From positions 5,296-69,295 of the forward strand of contig DATJAY010000028.1 of NCBI GenBank assembly GCA_035515795.1: a DNA stretch of 64,000 bases, read 5' to 3'. This document shows positions 57,940 to 64,000 of the stretch, piece by piece. The notes below the pieces were generated by a model. The model was not told the origin of the DNA. It did no database searches and saw nothing but the letters and a program-made list of their open reading frames with translations. The first letter of the stretch is position 1. Each line of letters begins with the position of its first letter. The stretch is from Candidatus Acidiferrales bacterium (lineage in GTDB: Bacteria > Bacteroidota > Ignavibacteria > Kryptoniales > JAKASW01). The position numbers and the translations under genes were made by a program.

Positions 57940-59508
57940 ATGAAAAAAATCTTTCTTCCGCTTTTCGTGCTGGTGGTCTTTGCCGTAATGGTTTTCACCG
58001 CGCTGCACAAGAACAGCGCAGATAATCCACCGCTCACAGTTTTGAAACAGCAATACTCTGTCAAGTCGACACCTTCGGTCGATCATTCATTGTTCCCCGA
58101 GCTCAAGAAAAAGTTCAGCAGCCCGCAGCAGGTGACCGCGGCATGCATATCCTGCCACAACGGTCGGGCCCAGGAAGTGATGCACTCGACCCACTGGAAC
58201 TGGACGCGGCTCGAATATATCGAGGGGAAGGGCATCAGGTCGATCGGGAAAAGAAATATCCTGAACAATTTCTGCATCGGCATTGCGGGGAGCGAGCAAA
58301 GCTGCACGAGGTGCCACGCCGGATACGGATATGCTAATACGGATTCTTATTTCAAAGACTCGCTCAACGTCGATTGTCTCGCGTGCCATGATAACAGCGG
58401 CACCTACATGAAGGCAAGCGAAAAAGCCGGTATGCCTGACAGTTCAGTCAACTTGAGCTTCGTGGCACAGCATGTCGGTAAACCGACGCGCACAAATTGC
58501 GGCGTCTGTCATTTCTTCGGCGGAGGGGGCAACAATGTGAAACACGGCGATCTCGAGCAGGCACTCTTCGATCCGACTCGCGACGTGGACGTCCACATGG
58601 CGACGGACGGGCTCGACATGCAATGTGTCGATTGCCATACCGCAAAGAAACACCAGATGTTAGGCAAAATGTATTCGGTATCATCGATGAACCGCAATCG
58701 CGTACAATGCGAGAGTTGTCATGGCACATTACCGCACAACGACGATGTCTTGAACGAGCACACAGTCAAAGTCGCCTGCCAGACGTGTCACATACCGGTT
58801 TTTGCGAAGGTGAATCCTACAAAAATTTATTGGGATTGGTCCACGGCCGGCAAACTGAAAGACGGCAAAGCTTATGTAGACGAAGATTCCAACGGCACCG
58901 ACAGCTATATGTCCATCAAAGGATCATTCAAATGGGGAAGAATGTTGAAGCCTGATTATGTCTGGTTTAACGGTACGGCATCCCACTATCTACTCGGCGA
59001 TACATTCAATGCGTCAAAGCCGCTTGAGGTAAATAAGCTGTACGGTAGTTATGACGATCCCGATTCAAAGATTTATCCCGTGAAAATTCATCGCGGGAAA
59101 CAAATCTACGACGTCGGATACAATTACCTTATTCAACCGAAGCTATACTCCGCAAAGAAAGGTGACGGCGGATTTTGGGCCGACTTCAACTGGCAGCGCG
59201 CCGCTGAAGAAGGGATGAAGCAGGTCAACCTGTCGTACAGTGGGAATTACGGATTCGCCCAGACGGAAATGTATTGGCCGGTCAATCACATGGTCTCGTC
59301 TAAAGAGCAAGCAGTCCAGTGTAACGAATGCCATACGCGCGACAACGGCCGTCTCGCGAGCCTTGATGGATTCTATCTCCCCGGCAGAGATTACAATCCG
59401 GTCGTTGAACACTTCGGCGCCGGACTGATTCTCCTCACTCTCGTTGGAGTTGTCCTGCATGGCGGTGGAAGGATTATGATGAGCCGAAAAGGAAAGGGAG
59501 GGAACTGA
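57940..59508 (+). CDS. Octaheme c-type cytochrome, tetrathionate-reductase (OTR)-family-like, membrane-anchored
   Basis: Exactly eight CxxCH motifs: CISCH, CTRCH, CLACH, CGVCH, CVDCH, CESCH, CQTCH, CNECH. N-terminal signal or anchor, and a C-terminal hydrophobic helix FGAGLILLTLVGVVL. Confidence 0.8.
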   Translation: MKKIFLPLFVLVVFAVMVFTALHKNSADNPPLTVLKQQYSVKSTPSVDHSLFPELKKKFSSPQQVTAACISCHNGRAQEVMHSTHWNWTRLEYIEGKGIRSIGKRNILNNFCIGIAGSEQSCTRCHAGYGYANTDSYFKDSLNVDCLACHDNSGTYMKASEKAGMPDSSVNLSFVAQHVGKPTRTNCGVCHFFGGGGNNVKHGDLEQALFDPTRDVDVHMATDGLDMQCVDCHTAKKHQMLGKMYSVSSMNRNRVQCESCHGTLPHNDDVLNEHTVKVACQTCHIPVFAKVNPTKIYWDWSTAGKLKDGKAYVDEDSNGTDSYMSIKGSFKWGRMLKPDYVWFNGTASHYLLGDTFNASKPLEVNKLYGSYDDPDSKIYPVKIHRGKQIYDVGYNYLIQPKLYSAKKGDGGFWADFNWQRAAEEGMKQVNLSYSGNYGFAQTEMYWPVNHMVSSKEQAVQCNECHTRDNGRLASLDGFYLPGRDYNPVVEHFGAGLILLTLVGVVLHGGGRIMMSRKGKGGN

Positions 59509-59509
59509 A

Positions 59510-60172
59510 ATGAAAAAAGAATACATCTACAAAAGGTTCGAACGCTTCTGGCATTGGACCCAGGCTGCACTCATCATATTTCTCGGTGTCACCGGATTCG
59601 AGATTCATGGGTCGATAAAGTTCTTTGGATACGACCAGGCAGTGAGATACCACGACATTGCTGCGTGGACCTTCCTTATCCTGATTGCATTTGCAATCTT
59701 CTGGCATTTCACGACCGGAGAATGGAAACAATACCTCCCTACCTGGAAAAACATGCGCGCGCAAGCCGAGTACTATGTCTTCGGAATCTTCAACAATGCG
59801 CCTCATCCGACAAAGAAGACTGTCCTGAGCAAATTAAATCCGTTACAGAAGCTCGTCTACGCTGGCTTGAAGGTGCTCGTGATTCCGGTAATGGTCCTCA
59901 GCGGGCTTGTATATATGTTCTACCGGTACCCCCAACGTTATGAAGTTCTCGCACTGAATATCAGCGGACTCCGGGTCGTTGCCGTGATTCACACGATCGG
60001 AGCATTCCTCCTCGTGGCGTTTTTCATCGCTCACTTATATCTAATCACGACCGGGCAGACGGTTACGTCAAACCTCAAAGCGATGATAACCGGATACGAA
60101 GATTTGCCGAAAGAACATGAGAATAAAACGGGTGAAATTATTTCAGAAAAATTTGGTGAGGTGACGAAATGA
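59510..60172 (+). CDS. Membrane cytochrome b subunit (PF01292-type, quinol-interacting)
   Basis: RFERFWHWTQAALIIFLGVTGFEIHG, HDIAAWTFLILIAFAIFWHF and VIHTIGAFLLVAFFIAHLY. Four to five TM helices with conserved His residues. SD AGGGAGGG upstream. Confidence 0.8.
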   Translation: MKKEYIYKRFERFWHWTQAALIIFLGVTGFEIHGSIKFFGYDQAVRYHDIAAWTFLILIAFAIFWHFTTGEWKQYLPTWKNMRAQAEYYVFGIFNNAPHPTKKTVLSKLNPLQKLVYAGLKVLVIPVMVLSGLVYMFYRYPQRYEVLALNISGLRVVAVIHTIGAFLLVAFFIAHLYLITTGQTVTSNLKAMITGYEDLPKEHENKTGEIISEKFGEVTK

Positions 60173-60690
60173 ATATAAAATATATGAACCCATATCTTGC
60201 CGGATTTTTTTTGGGCCTCGTATTGCTGGCAACGATATTTATTACCGGACGAGGTCTCGGAGCGAGCGGTGCGATCAAAGATGCCGTCATCGCAATCGCA
60301 GACGGCATCGCACCGAAACACACCGAATCATCTCCGTTCTTCGGGACGTATGTAGGTTCCGGAAAAGACAGCCCGCTTAAATCATGGCTCTTCTTCGAAA
60401 TCGTCGGCGTGGTGATAGGAGGATTCATTTCCGGATTGATCTCCGACCGGTTGAAGATCGTCACGGAGGCCGGCCCAAAAGTGAAGCCGAAAGTTCGCTG
60501 GATCTTTGCAGCGATAGGCGGCGCTTTGTTCGGCATCGGGGCACAGTTCGCGCGCGGCTGCACTAGCGGCGCGGCGTTGAGCGGAATGGCTGTCCTCTCG
60601 ACCGCAGGGTTCATAACGATGATCGCAATCTTCGGAACCGGGTATGCCGTTGCATTCTTCGGACGAAAGTTGTGGATACAGAAGGATTGA
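60169..60690 (+). CDS. YeeE/YedE family sulfur-compound transporter, half-size subunit 1
   Basis: GRGLGASGA and GAQFARGCTSGAALSG motifs. 173 aa, four TM helices. ATGA overlap with the upstream gene. Confidence 0.8.
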   Translation: MNIKYMNPYLAGFFLGLVLLATIFITGRGLGASGAIKDAVIAIADGIAPKHTESSPFFGTYVGSGKDSPLKSWLFFEIVGVVIGGFISGLISDRLKIVTEAGPKVKPKVRWIFAAIGGALFGIGAQFARGCTSGAALSGMAVLSTAGFITMIAIFGTGYAVAFFGRKLWIQKD

Positions 60691-60699
60691 GGTGAAACC

Positions 60700-61893
60700 A
60701 TGGGACCATTCGTACCTGATTTAATTTCCGACCAGCTGAATCTGGTCGTTGCTCTCATGCTCGGAATTGCATTCGGCTTCGTACTGGAACAAGCTGGATT
60801 TTCTTCATCCAGAAAATTAGCCGGCGTATTTTATGGATACGATTTTGCAGTGCTGCGCGTGTTCTTTACCGCCGCGGTGACGGCGGCAAGCGGTGTCATC
60901 TTGCTCGGCTATTTCGGACTTCTTGACACCGATGTCATTTATGTTAATCCGACATGGTTACTCCCCGCACTCGTGGGCGGAGCTATAATGGGTGTAGGAT
61001 TTATATTGGGCGGCTACTGCCCCGGCACGAGCGTCACCGCAGCGGCAATCGGTAAAGTCGACGGGATGTTTTTCATCGGCGGCGGACTTCTAGGAGTATT
61101 CGCGTTCGGTGAGCTATTTCCATTATACGATAAATTTTTCGACTCGACGTTTCTCGGCCCGACAAAAATCTTCGATTCACTCGGCGTATCACAGGGATTG
61201 TTTACGTTCATATTGATCGCGGTTGCGGTCGGTGCATTTGCAATTACGACAATTATCGAGAAAAGAGTAAACAAAACTGCGGCGCCTTCGCTGCAATTCA
61301 AACCGATGAAACATTTTGCGGCGGGGTTCGTGATACTCGCGCTTGGCATTCTGTTTGTCTTCCTGCCCGATCGGAAGACAAGCCTCATTGAAAAAGTCAC
61401 GTCTCAAAATTATATCGCGACTCATCCGACAGCGACAATGGAGGTCGATGAGCTTGCTTTTCGCATTGTCGATCAGGAACCCAATATCCGCATCATAGAC
61501 ATTCGTCAGCCCGCGGAATACGCCAAGCTCGCCTTACCCGGCTCGAGCAATATTCAAATGAACGACTTTTTCAGCAAGGATGCGGTCTCATCGTTCTCAC
61601 AGCGACATATGAAAAAGGTTATCGTCGGTGATAGTGAGGCGGAGGAACGCACTGCTTGTTTACTTCTGCATGAACTCGGCTACGAAAACCTTTCGGTATT
61701 GAAAGGCGGGTTTGATGAATTCAACAAGACGATCCTGAATCCGTCGATGTTTGTCCCCACCGGAACACGATGGGATGCCGATGTGAAGGAGTTCCGCGAG
61801 AATGCACGAATTGAGATACTAAAAATGATCGACGCCGACAAAGACAAGGCACCGCGAGAAATCAAGAAGAAAAAAATTCAGGGTGGGTGCTGA
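60700..61893 (+). CDS. YeeE/YedE half-size subunit 2 fused to a rhodanese-homology domain and a Lys-rich tail ending in GGC
   Basis: LEQAGFSSSRKLAG and GGYCPGTSVTAAAIG, then two extra TM helices. Rhodanese-like IRIIDIRQPAEY...KKVIVGDSEAEERTACLLLHELGYENLSVLKGGFDEF. Tail ...DKDKAPREIKKKKIQGGC. Confidence 0.8.
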   Translation: MGPFVPDLISDQLNLVVALMLGIAFGFVLEQAGFSSSRKLAGVFYGYDFAVLRVFFTAAVTAASGVILLGYFGLLDTDVIYVNPTWLLPALVGGAIMGVGFILGGYCPGTSVTAAAIGKVDGMFFIGGGLLGVFAFGELFPLYDKFFDSTFLGPTKIFDSLGVSQGLFTFILIAVAVGAFAITTIIEKRVNKTAAPSLQFKPMKHFAAGFVILALGILFVFLPDRKTSLIEKVTSQNYIATHPTATMEVDELAFRIVDQEPNIRIIDIRQPAEYAKLALPGSSNIQMNDFFSKDAVSSFSQRHMKKVIVGDSEAEERTACLLLHELGYENLSVLKGGFDEFNKTILNPSMFVPTGTRWDADVKEFRENARIEILKMIDADKDKAPREIKKKKIQGGC

Positions 61894-62029
61894 ACTGAAT
61901 GACGGCACGCCGCCGACAAAGGAGATGCACGCTTCTGCAGATCATTGGTTGCCAGACAATTCTGCGGGCGACGATCGGATGCTATCCCGAAAATGGCTTC
62001 GCCTTCCGCCTCGCCTCGAGTTCCCCAGT

Positions 62030-63226
62030 TTAATCTTGTCTGAAGTGACCTGAATTCGCGATGACCTCAGTCCCGGGCATCAGACTGCATTCGTAAATGC
62101 GAACGGTTCTGTCGAGACATTTCCTATAAACCTCTCCGATGCTCCCCTCAAATTCTTCGACCGAGCTATCCTCGACCAGATTTAATGTGCAGCCTCCGAA
62201 CCCACCTCCCATCATCCTTGCACCTAATACTCCGTTAATCCCCGACGCCGTATCTACGAGCAGATCCAGCTCAGCGCAGGACACTTCATATTTCTCCCTT
62301 GCTCCTTCGTGAGAGAGATAGAGCAGTTCCCCAAAACTTGCATAGTCACTCTGCTGGAGGTAATGCTTTGCGGAGTTGACGCGAATGTTCTCTTCGAGAA
62401 CATAGCGGCAGCGTTTGTAGACAACATCACCCAACTCAGCTGCGTGCTCGTCAAGCATTTCAAAGTCCACGTCACGAAGACTCTTCACCTGAGGGTCGTA
62501 TCTCCTCATTATCTGCACGCCGGTTTCGCACTGCTGTCTGCGAAGATTGTATTCTGAAGATGCAAGACTATGCTTCACACCGGTATCGCAAAGAATCACC
62601 TTAATATCTTTTCTGACAAAAGGTAAATAATCATATTCCATGTTTCTGCAGTCGAGATACAAAACCGATTTCCCTTTGCTAAACAGATTTGCAAATTGAT
62701 CCATGATGCCGCATTTGACCCCGACAAAATCATTTTCTGCCTGCCGCGCAAGTTCGGCCAATTCACCGCGTTCCAGTCCCAGGTTGAACATCATATCGAG
62801 CGCATAAGCCAATCCGGCTTCTAACGCCGCTGATGAGGACATCCCTGCTCCAATCGGGATATTTCCTGAAAAGACGCAGTCGAACCCCCCGATATGGCGA
62901 CCGCTTTTGTTTAGTTCGCTCACTATCCCGATGAGATAGTTCGCCCAGCTCTTGTTTGACTTTACCGGGTTTCTCACGTCAAACCTGAAATCATCATCAA
63001 AATCCAGAGTGTACAGCCTTGCTTCGGAATCATTCCTTGCATTTATCGCAAAATAAATCGCCCGGTCTATCGCCGAAGGAAGAACGAAACCTTCATTGTA
63101 ATCGGTGTGCTCGCCTATCAGATTTATTCTCCCTGGTGACCTGACTATCAATTGGCCATCGTTATGATTAAATAATCGCGCCGACTTTTCCCTTAACGAA
63201 TTAATTATTGTCTGTTCATCTTTCAT
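62030..63226 (-). CDS. galK: Galactokinase
   Basis: GRINLIGEHTDYNEGFVLP, the GHMP motif NIPIGAGMSSSAALE, and GARMMGGGFGGCTLNLV. Confidence 0.95.
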   Translation of the reverse strand: MKDEQTIINSLREKSARLFNHNDGQLIVRSPGRINLIGEHTDYNEGFVLPSAIDRAIYFAINARNDSEARLYTLDFDDDFRFDVRNPVKSNKSWANYLIGIVSELNKSGRHIGGFDCVFSGNIPIGAGMSSSAALEAGLAYALDMMFNLGLERGELAELARQAENDFVGVKCGIMDQFANLFSKGKSVLYLDCRNMEYDYLPFVRKDIKVILCDTGVKHSLASSEYNLRRQQCETGVQIMRRYDPQVKSLRDVDFEMLDEHAAELGDVVYKRCRYVLEENIRVNSAKHYLQQSDYASFGELLYLSHEGAREKYEVSCAELDLLVDTASGINGVLGARMMGGGFGGCTLNLVEDSSVEEFEGSIGEVYRKCLDRTVRIYECSLMPGTEVIANSGHFRQD

Positions 63227-63332
63227 AAATATCTAGCAGTTCCATGGTTCGTTTGTTTGCTTCCAGAAATCAAAATTATGTCCTTGTACTTTTGAATCCC
63301 GCGAGTTCCTGCACACGTATTCAAAACTTGAG

Positions 63333-64000
63333 TCATTTACCGACGATCGGAATGGATTGTGAGGGTGTAGCATGTATAGTAACCGTCGCCGATCTCAGAC
63401 CCTGGCTGTGCGCATCGAGTTTTATCTCGCCTGGATGGCGAGTGGATAATAATATCACCTCGCACTTTCCGTTGAATAGCATTCTTTGATAATTGCCGTC
63501 AAGATATTTGTCGGGCTCGTGACTGCTCGGATTGCCGTTACCAACCCCGATTATCGAACCCTCTCCTTCGGAACTGAAGTTGATCAGGTTACCGGCGGCG
63601 GGGACTTCTCTGCCAAGCGAGTCGACGGCAGTGACAGTGACGACGGAGACATCTTCGCCGTCTGCACGAATCGTATCGCGATCCGATGTGAGTTTGATGG
63701 CCGCGGGCTCTCCCGTAGTTTCTTCTTCGGTACTCATCTCCTTACCGTCCCGCCATCCCCATGCCTCAAGTGTTCCAAGTTCGTAGGGTACATTCCACTC
63801 AAGATGCGAATCTCGTGTCATTATTTTTCTTCCGAGACTCTTACCGTTTAGCAACAGCTCGACACTGTCGCAATTGCTGAAGCACCAGACATCTATCGAC
63901 TGGCCCTCTTTTCCCTGCCAGTTCCAGTGCGGGAAGATGTGCAGCACATTCTCACCGCTCCACCAGGACTGGTAATAATAGTAGTTGTTCTTAGGAAATC
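63333..64000 (-). CDS. GH2 family glycosidase (beta-galactosidase-like), C-terminal part; the gene runs off the right edge
   Basis: The reading frame is open to position 64000 (...FPKNNYYYYQSWWSGENVLHIFPHWNWQGKEGQSIDVWCFSN...). This is the typical post-catalytic GH2 segment, followed by an Ig-like region (ADGEDVSVVTVTAVDSLGREVP). The ORF-track GTG at 63947 is internal. Confidence 0.8.
   Translation of the reverse strand, partial: FPKNNYYYYQSWWSGENVLHIFPHWNWQGKEGQSIDVWCFSNCDSVELLLNGKSLGRKIMTRDSHLEWNVPYELGTLEAWGWRDGKEMSTEEETTGEPAAIKLTSDRDTIRADGEDVSVVTVTAVDSLGREVPAAGNLINFSSEGEGSIIGVGNGNPSSHEPDKYLDGNYQRMLFNGKCEVILLSTRHPGEIKLDAHSQGLRSATVTIHATPSQSIPIVGK

Noticed and set aside
60138-60758. A 206-aa minus-strand ORF opposite the YeeE genes, and the similar antisense ORFs inside mgtA, the GH38 gene, porU, dnaE and the aldehyde dehydrogenase gene.
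   Set aside because: All lie antisense or out of frame within genes that carry clear family motifs. They have low-complexity composition and no start context. I treat them as shadow ORFs.
1-64000. CRISPR arrays, transposases, integrases, phage genes, toxin-antitoxin pairs, restriction-modification genes or other known defence systems, and rRNA.
   Set aside because: I found no direct-repeat/spacer arrays, no terminal inverted repeats flanking genes, and no ORF with recombinase, nuclease, methylase or RT motifs. The window looks like core chromosome with a few accessory operons.

Overview
The window is a 64-kb chromosomal segment from a Gram-negative bacterium. It probably belongs to the FCB group (Ignavibacteriota/Bacteroidota-like), because it carries a porU-porV type IX secretion (T9SS) pair and several proteins that end in T9SS C-terminal sorting domains. 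I can support about 45 protein genes, 2 tRNAs (Glu-UUC, Arg-CCU) and several intrinsic terminators. I saw no rRNA, CRISPR array, transposase, integrase or phage gene. Housekeeping genes: dnaE, proS, trxA, ispE, mgtA, galK, and an aldehyde dehydrogenase. Glycan and glycolipid genes: GH94 cellobiose phosphorylase (cut at the left edge), GH38 alpha-mannosidase, GH2 (cut at the right edge), and GT21-like, GT28-like and GT9 glycosyltransferases. Most interesting observations, in order: (1) At 57.4-61.9 kb there is a tightly packed operon. It encodes a MerR regulator with an 8-Cys C-terminal domain, an octaheme cytochrome c, a cytochrome b, and a split YeeE/YedE sulfur transporter. The second transporter half carries a rhodanese domain with Asp in place of the catalytic Cys and a Lys-rich tail ending in GGC. 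I read this as a candidate coupled sulfur-oxyanion redox and uptake system. (2) At 15.0-27.9 kb, porU-porV is followed in the same orientation by an M6-like protein whose HExxH zinc site reads ASFGS, then an HExxH/PD40-propeller/beta-barrel giant, then a secreted protein. (3) At 40.5-42.1 kb there is a cassette of a long leader or 54-codon ORF, a 3-TM protein and a signal-less papain-family protease. (4) At 4695-4752 there is a perfect 58-nt three-hairpin cloverleaf element. All family assignments come from motifs read by eye and need HMM or BLAST confirmation.
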